Source: a virus. Taken from it: a stretch of DNA of 64,000 nt. Under the pieces are notes generated by a model. That model was not told the origin of the DNA, did not search any database, and worked only from the letters and a program-made list of their open reading frames with translations. The stretch lies in the IMG/VR virus record IMGVR_UViG_3300028610_001991. The stretch is one strand, 5' to 3'. This document shows, in pieces, positions 1-8,741 of this stretch (position 1 is the first letter of the stretch; each line of letters begins with the position of its first letter). Both the position numbers and the translations under genes were made by a program.

Positions 1-1
1 C

Positions 2-694
2 ATAGGATGCTATTCTGCCATACTTAGTGATAAGCATGTTATACACTAGCTCCGTATTCATCTTCCTTAGCTGGATATCCGTTAGCATCACTTTAAGCTT
101 ATCCGTTGTTGTCTGTCTCTTAAAGTTACCTCGACTTATCTCTCTAATAGCGTTTACCTTATTTCGGAAATACTCAAACTTACCGTCCTTCTCCTTACCT
201 ATGAAATCTGATAACCAATCATTAGCTGTCTGCTTACCACATGATATGTTGATTAGTGTTAGCTTAGGATTCTCTTTTATACGGCTCTCTATCCAGTCTA
301 GTTTAGCCTCTTTATCTTTAACACTTCTAAGGTTCTCTTGCTGTGTTTCTTTCATGTTGCCTTTATGTCCGTCACCTATACTAACGAAATCAGCTATGCT
401 CTCATGCTCTACAACTACATCCGCATGGCTATTACTCTCCTTTTTCATACTTTCATCCACCAACTTATCTAAGCTTTCTATCTGGTAGGAATCGAGCATA
501 TCCTTATTTTCGAGATAGCGTCTGTCTCCTCTGATTGTTTCTATTACAATCTTAGCTAAGGCCTGTTCTGCGCCCTTAGCATCCTCCTTGAAGCTAACTG
601 TATCCATAACTTCTGCTATCTCTAATACATGTATGTTGAAATCATTTAACCCTATTTCAGCTATAATCAAGTCTCTTACGAGTATGTCATCCAT
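2..694 (-). CDS. hypothetical protein (3' partial, runs off window start)
   Basis: RBS AAGGAGGTGA then ATG at 694 on the minus strand; frame MDDILVRDLIIAEIGLNDF... stays open to the window edge, so it is absent from the ORF track. Confidence 0.75.
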   Translation of the reverse strand, partial: MDDILVRDLIIAEIGLNDFNIHVLEIAEVMDTVSFKEDAKGAEQALAKIVIETIRGDRRYLENKDMLDSYQIESLDKLVDESMKKESNSHADVVVEHESIADFVSIGDGHKGNMKETQQENLRSVKDKEAKLDWIESRIKENPKLTLINISCGKQTANDWLSDFIGKEKDGKFEYFRNKVNAIREISRGNFKRQTTTDKLKVMLTDIQLRKMNTELVYNMLITKYGRIASY

Positions 695-710
695 TAGGTA
701 TCACCTCCTT

Positions 711-1064
711 TTAACTACGGATTAACTCTCTAATAGTTTGATTCTGAGCTTTAAACTCCCTGAGTTTATACAAATAGCCTTTACTTCTTACATACAGCTC
801 AGCTAGTGCGTACTTCAGATTCCTCATAGCCTGTTTCTTTGTTGCTACTGTCATCTCCGGAACTTGACTAAGATCATTAAAGTCCACAGTAATCTCTTTA
901 TCTAATAGTTCCACTGTACCTGCTAACCTGGCAATCTTACTGTCTAATACATCAGGACTAACACCATAAAACATCCTTCCCAGGATACTGTAAGTCCTCT
1001 GAATACATGGCTTTTCAAACTCATCAAAATCTCTAAATGTGACATCATTTAATAATTCTTGCAT
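711..1064 (-). CDS. hypothetical protein
   Basis: Track ORF 711..1184; start moved to ATG 1064 (MQELLNDV...), which has a GGAGGT RBS and abuts the previous stop. Confidence 0.7.
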   Translation of the reverse strand: MQELLNDVTFRDFDEFEKPCIQRTYSILGRMFYGVSPDVLDSKIARLAGTVELLDKEITVDFNDLSQVPEMTVATKKQAMRNLKYALAELYVRSKGYLYKLREFKAQNQTIRELIRS

Positions 1065-1065
1065 A

Positions 1066-1308
1066 CTACACCTCCATATAGATTGGTTTATTAGAGAACA
1101 TATATTTAATTTCCCTGTTCTCTCTAATAGGGGAAATGTGGGTAAACTTTGTTGAACTACCCTGTAGTACTGCTCTTGCTGCACTGATACCGGTTAACCA
1201 ATACTTACCTTGTATAGCAGCAATAGCTTCTTCTCTAGACATTAACTCCTGCAGCTTACTCTCTTTCCAGCACTCATTCTTTTTAATATAAGCAATGTAT
1301 CTATTCAC
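1066..1308 (-). CDS. hypothetical protein, paralogue of 1489..1752
   Basis: Shares Y.KK.E.W...EA...G...A.AV...T.F..ISP...Y.FS..PIY.EV with 1489..1752; tightly packed operon. Confidence 0.7.
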   Translation of the reverse strand: MNRYIAYIKKNECWKESKLQELMSREEAIAAIQGKYWLTGISAARAVLQGSSTKFTHISPIRENREIKYMFSNKPIYMEV

Positions 1309-1499
1309 TATGCCTCCTTTTTAGTATATAGTGGACGAAACATACATGTAGATAAATCGTTAAAACACAGCACTCTCCAATACTTATGAGGATAGTCGTC
1401 AGGTACCCTTCCCGCTTCTTTTAGTTGTCTCATGTCTACAGCCTTGCAGTAATGACCACTCCCGTCCTCATGGTAGTTTAAACAATCGTTATGAGACAT
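1308..1499 (-). CDS. small Cys-containing hypothetical protein
   Basis: GGAGGT RBS, overlaps its neighbours. Confidence 0.65.
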   Translation of the reverse strand: MSHNDCLNYHEDGSGHYCKAVDMRQLKEAGRVPDDYPHKYWRVLCFNDLSTCMFRPLYTKKEA

Positions 1500-1752
1500 T
1501 TGTTACCTCCTTGTAAATAGGATTATGACTGAAAAGGTAGAAAGTCTTCTTCTTAGCAGAAACATACACAGGTGAAATAAAGCTAAAGTTAGTAGTAGTC
1601 TTTTTAGCATAGACAGCTTTAGCCATAAACTCTGTGCCTATGAAGTGAAAATCTCCTGCATACAGCTTCGTTGCTGCCTCCTGCAGTGTCTTTATCCTTG
1701 ACACTGCCCTCCTGTGCCAGCCCTCATGTTTTTTAGTGTAAATACTAAACAT
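1489..1752 (-). CDS. hypothetical protein, paralogue of 1066..1308
   Basis: See 1066..1308. Confidence 0.7.
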   Translation of the reverse strand: MFSIYTKKHEGWHRRAVSRIKTLQEAATKLYAGDFHFIGTEFMAKAVYAKKTTTNFSFISPVYVSAKKKTFYLFSHNPIYKEVTNVS

Positions 1753-1984
1753 AAGCCATCACCCCCTTTATTTTTCTTTCTATTTGCATTAACTTGATTA
1801 AACCCGGCTCAGCATCGATCTTCTTCAGATTAACACTAGCTATAATCAACCTTCTTGCCTGCTCTAGCTGCTCTAGTCTCATCCTCTTATAATCAATAGC
1901 AGGCCTGTCATAGCAACGAATACACACACCCTCTGTACACTTAAAACACTTAGCTTTTATGTTTAATTCATGCATTCTACTCAC
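1745..1984 (-). CDS. hypothetical protein (CxxC..CxxC)
   Basis: GGAGGTGA RBS, operon packing. Confidence 0.65.
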   Translation of the reverse strand: MSRMHELNIKAKCFKCTEGVCIRCYDRPAIDYKRMRLEQLEQARRLIIASVNLKKIDAEPGLIKLMQIERKIKGVMAYV

Positions 1985-2198
1985 CTCCTTGAGTTAGTTC
2001 TGTAATACTTCTTCTTCCGGATAACCGTACAGCAAGATTGTCATCACCAACTGAATACAATAACCCAGGCATGTCCGGAACAACCTCAGCTAGTGTAAGA
2101 TACTTTGGCCTAGGCATAAGCCTCTGTAGAGCCCTTTCCATATCAAGCTGCGCTCTAACCTTACGATTCCACTGATAACTCTTTTTGTTAATAGCCAT
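1977..2198 (-). CDS. hypothetical protein
   Basis: AGGAGGAGA RBS, operon packing. Confidence 0.65.
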   Translation of the reverse strand: MAINKKSYQWNRKVRAQLDMERALQRLMPRPKYLTLAEVVPDMPGLLYSVGDDNLAVRLSGRRSITELTQGGE

Positions 2199-2210
2199 AC
2201 TCTCCTCCTT

Positions 2211-2480
2211 TTAATTTGATTCAACTACTCTAAGCTCGCAGTCTTTAACTGAGCAAGCCTTACAACCAATACCTCTATGAATACAATACATAGCTTCAAC
2301 ACCAAATATGCCATCTTGACATTTTTGACATAAACCATTTATACGAAACTCTTTAACGCTAAGAACATCTTTAAACTCAGTAACAGGATTAATGTCTTTT
2401 TTACATAAAGGGCATTTGCTTTGCTCAACATTGTTTACTGCATCCCTAAAGCCTACTTTCTTTATTAAATCTTTATTCAT
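2211..2480 (-). CDS. zinc-finger hypothetical protein
   Basis: CPLC...LCQKCQD plus a second Cys cluster; GGAGG RBS. Confidence 0.7.
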   Translation of the reverse strand: MNKDLIKKVGFRDAVNNVEQSKCPLCKKDINPVTEFKDVLSVKEFRINGLCQKCQDGIFGVEAMYCIHRGIGCKACSVKDCELRVVESN

Positions 2481-2531
2481 AACAACAGCCTCCGTACCTG
2501 CCTACCTTTCGGTTAGGACTTATAGGTAAAC

Positions 2532-2591
2532 TGCCAGTGATGGGAATCGAACCCAATAGCCTTATTATTTCAGCTTCAACCTGACACTGGC
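2532..2591 (-). ncRNA. tRNA-like RNA lacking an anticodon arm (about 60 nt)
   Basis: Minus strand: GCCAGTG/CACTGGC-A acceptor, TCAG/CTGA hairpin, TGGG-TTCGATT-CCCA T-arm; intergenic. Confidence 0.55.
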
Positions 2592-2605
2592 GATTAATGA
2601 ACATT

Positions 2606-2761
2606 CTACTTACTTTTCTTTAATTTGTTTAATGCTCTCTGGATGTTTACATAAGTAACCAGTTTGTCATCCTTCAAATAAAATCTCATCTTGTTTCCGT
2701 TCTCTGTAACTTTTGTGATTCTTGTGCAATACCCAAGATTAATGTGATTCGCATATTCCAT
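2606..2761 (-). CDS. small hypothetical protein (51 aa)
   Basis: AAGGAGA RBS, MEYANHINLGYCTRITK...; too short for the ORF track. Confidence 0.65.
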   Translation of the reverse strand: MEYANHINLGYCTRITKVTENGNKMRFYLKDDKLVTYVNIQRALNKLKKSK

Positions 2762-2883
2762 TTGTTTCTCCTTCGCTTAGGGTTAAACTCGGATCAACCA
2801 ACTACGGATGGGTGCCCCTTATTCCCAAGCTGTTAAATCATATTTATTTACTATTTAACTACCCTCCCCAGCGCACTTGGGTG

Positions 2884-3085
2884 AGGTTCGTTTTTATAGG
2901 GGGTCATGGTGAAACGTATCTAAAAATACGAAGGTTCGTACTATAGGGGGTCATGGTGATTTATAGGAAGGTCGGGAAAAACGTATCTGAAAATATATCC
3001 GGTCTCTTTTTACTCTATAATGTATGTCCGGTCTTCTTTTACTCTTTTTATAGAGGGTGGTCGAAAAAAGCGTATCTGAAAATAT
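2884..3085. repeat. cluster of interleaved direct repeats at the strand-divergence point
   Basis: TATAGGGGGTCATGGTGA x2 (2895, 2942); CGTATCT(A/G)AAAATA x3 (2915, 2982, 3071); TCCGGTCT..TTTTACTCT x2 (2998, 3027). Confidence 0.85.
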
Positions 3086-3368
3086 GGCGGGCACTACTGT
3101 TACTCTTACTCTGGTCTTATTGTTATTCTCTCTGATAGTATAATGAATGATCCTGCATTTTTTCTTTTGACTATGTACCTACCGGTCAAATTCAAACCGA
3201 ATTTAAAATGATAACTATTATGTTAGACCTCTTTGTATACTGCACACACTTACCTTATCCCTCCTACACTTTTTATGCATAAATATACCCTTTTATCTTA
3301 TTTCTCTACGCTTTTACTGCATTTCTTTACACATCTGTTTATTTCTCTACGTATCTTTTGTGCTATTA

Positions 3369-3397
3369 TTGACAATACTGTAATTATGTTATATAAT
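3369..3397 (+). promoter_or_regulatory. consensus sigma70 promoter
   Basis: TTGACA-17 nt-TATAAT at the head of the rightward small-gene cluster. Confidence 0.85.
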
Positions 3398-3476
3398 TTA
3401 AGTAAGTAGAGGGACGCTAAGGGAGGAAGATAATATGATAACTTTAATGTATGTATATAAAAGATAGAGACCTCCC

Positions 3477-3746
3477 TTGAAAAAGATATCCAGAAGCGAT
3501 ATACAAAAATTATTTGGGGATGAGAATATTGACCTCCTTATTGATAGTGGTATTAAAGCCGGTACTGATATACGTAGTATACGTATAGTTATAGTAGACT
3601 ATCTCTTATGTAAGTTTTTTGGAGATAGTGATAGAGAAGAGTTTAAGGAATATCCTGTTAGCGGTAAGCTGCGTATTAGCGGTAAGCTGCGTGAAAATAT
3701 AGAAATAGGGGAGAATAGGTATGGACGTAAAAAACGTAGATTTTGA
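3477..3746 (+). CDS. hypothetical protein
   Basis: TTG start; contains an 18-bp tandem duplication (SGKLRI/SGKLRE). Confidence 0.5.
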   Translation: MKKISRSDIQKLFGDENIDLLIDSGIKAGTDIRSIRIVIVDYLLCKFFGDSDREEFKEYPVSGKLRISGKLRENIEIGENRYGRKKRRF

Positions 3747-4095
3747 AAAGATAAATAGAGAAGCTATACTCAGTTTAGAAGAGGACAGTGAGAAAAGATT
3801 AGAGTATAGGAGTTCAACTGAATATAGGATATTGAAAAGAAAGATAATTGAACACTGTTATGCTGATAACCATATTGTAGACAATGAGTATGTAGATACT
3901 CTTTTTGATAATGTTACTAATGATGAGTTCGTATACTTCTTTGAATGTACTGTGTTTGATAAAAAAAGGACGGTGGTAGGTGTGTCTCCTTCTGAGAGCG
4001 TTATTGTTTATGGACTAACATTTATAGTGACTTTCGGTCAGGATGCAAGTTACGAAGTATATAAAGAGAGGAAAGATGAAACCAATAGTGTTTAA
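3721..4095 (+). CDS. hypothetical protein
   Basis: GGGGAG RBS, operon packing. Confidence 0.7.
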   Translation: MDVKNVDFEKINREAILSLEEDSEKRLEYRSSTEYRILKRKIIEHCYADNHIVDNEYVDTLFDNVTNDEFVYFFECTVFDKKRTVVGVSPSESVIVYGLTFIVTFGQDASYEVYKERKDETNSV

Positions 4096-4324
4096 AGAAA
4101 GCAATGTTACATTTGCTAAAGATCAAAAGCAGTATTTACCTTTACCTGCTTTTAAGAATGAAAATGGTCATGTAATTTCATGCTGGAAGTTATCGCTAGT
4201 AGAAAGAATGAAATTACTATTTACAGGTAAACTATGGATGAATATACTTTCGTTTAATAAACCGCTATCTCCTATTTTACCAAGTGTTAAATATCCTTTT
4301 ATAAAAGATAAAAATGATGGGTAA
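4076..4324 (+). CDS. hypothetical phage protein
   Basis: Track ORF 4043..4324, start moved to ATG 4076 (GAGGA RBS); Q..Y.PLPA...VISCWKLS..ER..LLFTG.LW pattern. Confidence 0.7.
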   Translation: MKPIVFKESNVTFAKDQKQYLPLPAFKNENGHVISCWKLSLVERMKLLFTGKLWMNILSFNKPLSPILPSVKYPFIKDKNDG

Positions 4325-4541
4325 GCTGCATACTATACGAAGATATATACTGCGTGATCCTGAACGTTTTATTGATGGTTACTGGAGTGATGGTACAAAA
4401 AGATTTAAAGGTGTACGTTACGATAAAGGTAAAACATCAACAGTAAACCGGTTCACTTACTCATATAGGTCATTTGTTAAACATATATTAGCTGGAGTAG
4501 GCATGTCCGACGACAGGGAGAGGAATAGCGATGGTACCTGA
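4314..4541 (+). CDS. hypothetical protein
   Basis: ORF track; its 3' end overlaps the tRNA-like element. Confidence 0.5.
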   Translation: MMGKLHTIRRYILRDPERFIDGYWSDGTKRFKGVRYDKGKTSTVNRFTYSYRSFVKHILAGVGMSDDRERNSDGT

Positions 4542-4613
4542 TGGGTTCACAGCTTATCCTTTGCTAATGGGTTAATCGCCATTGTTAGGCAGGTTCGAAT
4601 CCTGCCTCCAGCA
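4491..4613 (+). ncRNA. elongated tRNA-like RNA (123 nt)
   Basis: Perfect 7-bp GCTGGAG/CTCCAGC acceptor plus discriminator A; canonical GCAGG-TTCGAAT-CCTGC T-arm; 91-nt non-canonical interior. Confidence 0.6.
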
Positions 4614-4629
4614 TATTTAGAGGGAAATA

Positions 4630-5118
4630 ATGAAATTGAAAGACATACCGGCACTAGAGTGGCACAGTTTTAAGGTTAATAGTAGTAATGTTAGAAAATA
4701 CTTAAATGCTGTTATAGATGAAAACGAAAAGCTTAAAGAAGCAGGATCAGCGTGTGTAGAGTTATTAAGAGAAATGACTAACCTATATATTGCAGCTGAT
4801 CATTCTGATTCCATACTTGCTTTTACAATAGCGCAGCGCTTTATAGATTTAATAGGGGGGGAACGGATGGGAGCATTTGACGCATTTTATAAGGGCGAGA
4901 AAGCAAAAGAGTATTACAGGAAAGCTAAACTATTTGAAAAATTATCTTTTGATTTGAATATTAATGTTCGTAAACTTGAAGACGTGAATAAACAACTTCA
5001 ATTAAAGTACAGTGAATTAATAATGGCAGTTGGGAACAAATATAAAGGTGAGACCAGGCATGAGACTGCTTTACGTTATATTAAAAATGCTGAACGTGTA
5101 AGAGGGAAGGGGAAATGA
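4630..5118 (+). CDS. hypothetical coiled-coil protein
   Basis: ORF track, AGGGA RBS. Confidence 0.65.
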   Translation: MKLKDIPALEWHSFKVNSSNVRKYLNAVIDENEKLKEAGSACVELLREMTNLYIAADHSDSILAFTIAQRFIDLIGGERMGAFDAFYKGEKAKEYYRKAKLFEKLSFDLNINVRKLEDVNKQLQLKYSELIMAVGNKYKGETRHETALRYIKNAERVRGKGK

Positions 5119-5312
5119 AGAAAGAATTAACAGGGAAGGATGCAGCTGAGATAGTTGACAGATCCACAATCTTTATGCTAAAGGAAAGGATTGGACAATT
5201 AGAAGCTGAACATAAACGATTATTAAAAAAGGTAAGGTGTGGGTGTGGAAAGAAAGCCAATACTCACCTATGTAGTGACTGTTACGTAAATGACTTAGTA
5301 GATTTACATTGA
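5115..5312 (+). CDS. small Cys-rich hypothetical protein
   Basis: ATGA overlap; CGCG...CSDC. Confidence 0.6.
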   Translation: MKKELTGKDAAEIVDRSTIFMLKERIGQLEAEHKRLLKKVRCGCGKKANTHLCSDCYVNDLVDLH

Positions 5313-5322
5313 GGAGAGTATA

Positions 5323-5541
5323 ATGAAATGTAAAAAATGCGGTACTACTATTAGTGCATGGACTGATATAAAAGAAGAACCTCCTGAAAGAAAGCTACTG
5401 ATAATAACAGACGGCAAAAAAAATGTCGGTGTAGCTTTTTACTATAAGTACTGTCAGAAGTTTTTTGTTGGTGATCTTGAATGTAAAAATGTTGTACAAT
5501 GGACGCTCTTGCCTAAGCCTACAAAAAAGAGGAAAGCATGA
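5323..5541 (+). CDS. DUF551-like protein
   Basis: W..IKEEPP...V.QW..LP.P pattern; GAGGAG RBS. Confidence 0.6.
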   Translation: MKCKKCGTTISAWTDIKEEPPERKLLIITDGKKNVGVAFYYKYCQKFFVGDLECKNVVQWTLLPKPTKKRKA

Positions 5542-5735
5542 AACTAAAATATCCGGCATCTCATTTTGTAAGTACTCCGTCTGGAAAAACATATGCTTGC
5601 GAAAAACATCTATCGGCGATAAGAGCTATATATAGGGTGTTAGGTTGTAATACGGAAGTAATTAAATTAAATAAGAAAGGTAAACACGAGTGCGACAATT
5701 GTGTTAACGAGAATAGTATAAATAATGATACATAA
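5538..5735 (+). CDS. small zinc-finger hypothetical protein
   Basis: ATGA overlap; CEKH...CDNC. Confidence 0.6.
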   Translation: MKLKYPASHFVSTPSGKTYACEKHLSAIRAIYRVLGCNTEVIKLNKKGKHECDNCVNENSINNDT

Positions 5736-5952
5736 ATTAGAATATAGCTACTATACGAAGAAAGCAATAATAAATGGCAGAACAAAATTCAAGCATGAAG
5801 ATTTTCGTAAAGGTATCCTGGATTTTGATACTAATAAATACTGGGATGATGAAAATAATTATTATAATGTTGTATCTGATTTTCTACAGGATTCAGGTGT
5901 AAAGAAAGGGTATATGCTTACAGTAATTAAGAAGGAGGAAAAGGATGACTAA
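5725..5952 (+). CDS. hypothetical protein
   Basis: ORF track, operon packing. Confidence 0.6.
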   Translation: MIHKLEYSYYTKKAIINGRTKFKHEDFRKGILDFDTNKYWDDENNYYNVVSDFLQDSGVKKGYMLTVIKKEEKDD

Positions 5953-6547
5953 AACTGAATTTGTTGCTAAGTACAAAATAGATTTTCAAGGAGTAAGGGA
6001 CTTAGAGGGCATCTTAGATGATAATGCTAAGGATACTTTCAGCGAATATTTAATTAAACACAAATTAAAACCTGACATTGAAAAAGGGATTGAAGCTGGT
6101 GATTTTATCCAAACTACAGATATGGAGGAGTATACCGCGACAGGTGTAGTTGCATCTATTAAAGGGAAGATTGTAGTTTGGTGTACTAATAGAAAATTTA
6201 AGTCTGATGATTTAAATAACTTTAAGTCTGTAAAAATTGTAGCTAAGAAAGATACTCAAGAGTGGGAGACTTTATTTATAAGTAACTTTGGTAATTTAAA
6301 TTATTGCTCTGATACTGAAATTAATGCTCTACGGGGCTCCCTTAGAAGTTTAAATGTTAAAGAAGAGCTATTATCTTTTATCCCTGAAGTAGGATCAGAG
6401 TTAAAAAGAATAACAGATAATCTTGCAACGGCCAACCACGATATAAATATTTATAAAGACTTAGTAGGTCAGGTCGCTCCTGGTATGTTAAAGTTAGTAG
6501 AACAATATGAAAAAAGACTAAAACAAAAATTAGAAAAACAACAATGA
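5945..6547 (+). CDS. hypothetical protein
   Basis: AGGAGG RBS, 200 aa. Confidence 0.7.
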   Translation: MTKTEFVAKYKIDFQGVRDLEGILDDNAKDTFSEYLIKHKLKPDIEKGIEAGDFIQTTDMEEYTATGVVASIKGKIVVWCTNRKFKSDDLNNFKSVKIVAKKDTQEWETLFISNFGNLNYCSDTEINALRGSLRSLNVKEELLSFIPEVGSELKRITDNLATANHDINIYKDLVGQVAPGMLKLVEQYEKRLKQKLEKQQ

Positions 6548-6924
6548 AGCATTACTACTTTGGCTGTAATAAACAGGCCGGACATTTTTGGTTTACTTCT
6601 GTTAATAAAGGAGAATATTTAATCCCACACTGTAGCTTTAGTATACCAAAAGAACTAGGTAGTATTAGAACATCTATTGACAGCTCATTTTGCCCTGCAG
6701 ACACCGAGGTAGAAGGAATCTCTAACCTTTGGCTTTTGATCTCAGGTAAAAAAAGATGGACAATATTATCTTTTTGGGATCACAGTGTTGACAGTAGGCC
6801 CGGAAGTAATAGTAACTTTGTAATAGAAGGAGAGCATAATTTCAATAAAATGATAAATTTAATAACTAAATATTTTCCTTTTATTATAACACGGTTTCAT
6901 TTTGACATAAAGATGCAGGGATAG
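6544..6924 (+). CDS. hypothetical phage protein
   Basis: ATGA overlap; YFG...GH...WT.LSFWD.SVDSRPGSNS.F pattern. Confidence 0.7.
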   Translation: MKHYYFGCNKQAGHFWFTSVNKGEYLIPHCSFSIPKELGSIRTSIDSSFCPADTEVEGISNLWLLISGKKRWTILSFWDHSVDSRPGSNSNFVIEGEHNFNKMINLITKYFPFIITRFHFDIKMQG

Positions 6925-6925
6925 T

Positions 6926-7159
6926 ATGATTGAAGTTTATGTAGAATGGTATGACAGTCAGTCTTCTAATGTATGGACTGAAAAAAAGGACATTCACTAT
7001 AAACATATACCGGCAGTAACAAAAGGATATAGAGTAAAAGAGACAGACAAGTATATTGTTGTTAGTCATTCCTATGACAAAGAAACCAACAGCTGGTGTG
7101 GATATTTACTTATACCCAAATGCAGCATAATTAAAATAGAGAAAAAGGTAAGCAGATAA
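6926..7159 (+). CDS. hypothetical phage protein
   Basis: V.W.DS...W...T.GY...ET..YIVV...IPK..I pattern. Confidence 0.7.
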   Translation: MIEVYVEWYDSQSSNVWTEKKDIHYKHIPAVTKGYRVKETDKYIVVSHSYDKETNSWCGYLLIPKCSIIKIEKKVSR

Positions 7160-7220
7160 ATGAACACCCAAACATTAATCATTTTAAAGACTAGATATAT
7201 AATAGTACTAGAAAAAGAAG

Positions 7221-7478
7221 GTGTATGTGGGTGATAGTACATTATCAAAAAAAGAAATTGAAGATTTATTAGGCTCTGCAGAAGAGTTTAAAAAAATAGG
7301 GAAAAATAAACCACGCTCTTTACCTGGAAAAATGAAAAGGGCATTATCTAGGATGGATAATGAATTTAAAGGGAAAAGGTTATATTATGAGGATGGTGAA
7401 TATTATGTATGCTGCAAAGATGTACCTGGTTTATATTGTAAAGTAGATAGTTTACGGAGGATATATGGGACAAACTGA
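7221..7478 (+). CDS. hypothetical protein
   Basis: ORF track. Confidence 0.55.
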   Translation: MYVGDSTLSKKEIEDLLGSAEEFKKIGKNKPRSLPGKMKRALSRMDNEFKGKRLYYEDGEYYVCCKDVPGLYCKVDSLRRIYGTN

Positions 7479-7638
7479 AAGAAAATACAGCAAAAACAAA
7501 AAGCGATGCACTAAATGTAATATAGTATTCCGGGGCTTATTTATCGCATATAAAACACGGGTATACTGTATGACATGCGGAAGTAAAATTGAAGTTTCAC
7601 CCACTATAAGTATAGGTGAGTATATAAGTGCAGCATGA
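7465..7638 (+). CDS. small zinc-ribbon protein (57 aa)
   Basis: GGAGG RBS; CTKC...CMTC; too short for the ORF track. Confidence 0.6.
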   Translation: MGQTERKYSKNKKRCTKCNIVFRGLFIAYKTRVYCMTCGSKIEVSPTISIGEYISAA

Positions 7639-7870
7639 ATTTTCTGAATGGTTTAATATTGATGATTATAAGAAACATTTAACCAGAAATATGAATGAGG
7701 TATACTTACTATACAATTTTAAAAAAGGAAATTTGTTGGTCTATATAAATGGTGTAAAAATAGATGAAATTGAAAATGTGCCTATATCCGGATCAGATAT
7801 GACAAAAAAAAGTACATTTATAATACCGTCTGTAGTTTTTAAGTATTTATCAAATGCTGAATATAATTAA
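7628..7870 (+). CDS. hypothetical protein
   Basis: ORF track. Confidence 0.55.
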   Translation: MQHEFSEWFNIDDYKKHLTRNMNEVYLLYNFKKGNLLVYINGVKIDEIENVPISGSDMTKKSTFIIPSVVFKYLSNAEYN

Positions 7871-7887
7871 AATAAAAGGAGAAACTT

Positions 7888-8127
7888 ATGAGTAAAAGAA
7901 TTGTAAGTGCAATACGCATACCGGCACATAAGCTTATATTTAAAATGCGGCACAGAGAACCATTTCGTAACAAGATATGCCGGTTTGTAGCCAGACATTT
8001 ACCTGATAGATTAATTTATTTTGTTGTTATATGGGTGGGCGCTCAATGCTCTAGCGCTAATAATAAACCTGTGCCGGATATAACATGGCAAGATATGGCA
8101 AAACACTATGAAAAGAGAGATTATTAA
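7888..8127 (+). CDS. hypothetical protein
   Basis: AAGGAG RBS. Confidence 0.6.
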   Translation: MSKRIVSAIRIPAHKLIFKMRHREPFRNKICRFVARHLPDRLIYFVVIWVGAQCSSANNKPVPDITWQDMAKHYEKRDY

Positions 8128-8305
8128 TAATCGGTTTTTAGGGATATGTCAGAAATGCGGAAATAAGGTTAGAGTAAGATTATCCGAAGAAGCTACTTTA
8201 GCCTTCAGAGTTAAAGAATTAAAAAAGATAGTGGGTATATATGCCACCAATGAATGCTGCCCTGCACCAAATAGATGTAAAGGTGGTTATAAAATAAAAC
8301 ATTAA
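8108..8305 (+). CDS. small Cys-rich hypothetical protein
   Basis: CQKC...CCP..RC. Confidence 0.5.
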   Translation: MKREIINNRFLGICQKCGNKVRVRLSEEATLAFRVKELKKIVGIYATNECCPAPNRCKGGYKIKH

Positions 8306-8320
8306 AAGAGAGGTAAGTAA

Positions 8321-8698
8321 GTGAAAAGTTATGGAAAAGAACTGATACTGGATATTCATGGTTGTAATGCTGCGACGTTTACCCGGAAATCTATTAAAGC
8401 ATATTTCCAGGAGCTGTGTATCAAAATAGATATGAAAAGGGAAAAGCTTTGCTGGTGGGACTACAAGGGACATCCGGAATTATACGAAAAAGCACCTGAC
8501 CATCTTAAAGGCACTTCAGCTGTACAATTCATTAAAACATCTAACATCACCGTGCATACCCTGGATGTCAAAAAGATGGTATTGTTGAACATATTCTCAT
8601 GTAAGGATTTTGATATAGAGGAAGCTGTAGGTTTTTCAAGTGAATGGTTCAAAGGCAAGAAATGCATATACAACACTGCAAGTAGGGGAGCATTATGA
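8321..8698 (+). CDS. speD: S-adenosylmethionine decarboxylase proenzyme-like (prokaryotic class 1b)
   Basis: YGKELILDIHGC, GTSAVQFIKTSNITVHT (SH-type self-cleavage region with Ser retained), IFSCKDFD. Confidence 0.8.
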   Translation: MKSYGKELILDIHGCNAATFTRKSIKAYFQELCIKIDMKREKLCWWDYKGHPELYEKAPDHLKGTSAVQFIKTSNITVHTLDVKKMVLLNIFSCKDFDIEEAVGFSSEWFKGKKCIYNTASRGAL

Positions 8699-8741
8699 AT
8701 GTAGAAATCCTCAAACAGCAGCTGCATGAGGAGAGAAAGAA

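Noticed and set aside
27-488. Plus-strand 153-aa track ORF
   Set aside because: Antisense shadow of the RBS-led minus-strand gene 2..694
2884-3085. Repeats as a CRISPR array
   Set aside because: Three different repeat families, only 2-3 copies each, with irregular spacing; the nearby Cas4-like nuclease is a common stand-alone phage exonuclease
3658-3692. 18-bp tandem duplication inside ORF 3477
   Set aside because: In-frame two-copy slippage with no further structure
4491-4613. Calling this a functional tRNA-Val(CAC), tRNA-Sec or tmRNA
   Set aside because: Arm lengths do not fit a cloverleaf; no 8-bp acceptor or G73 for Sec; no G3-U70 or tag ORF for tmRNA
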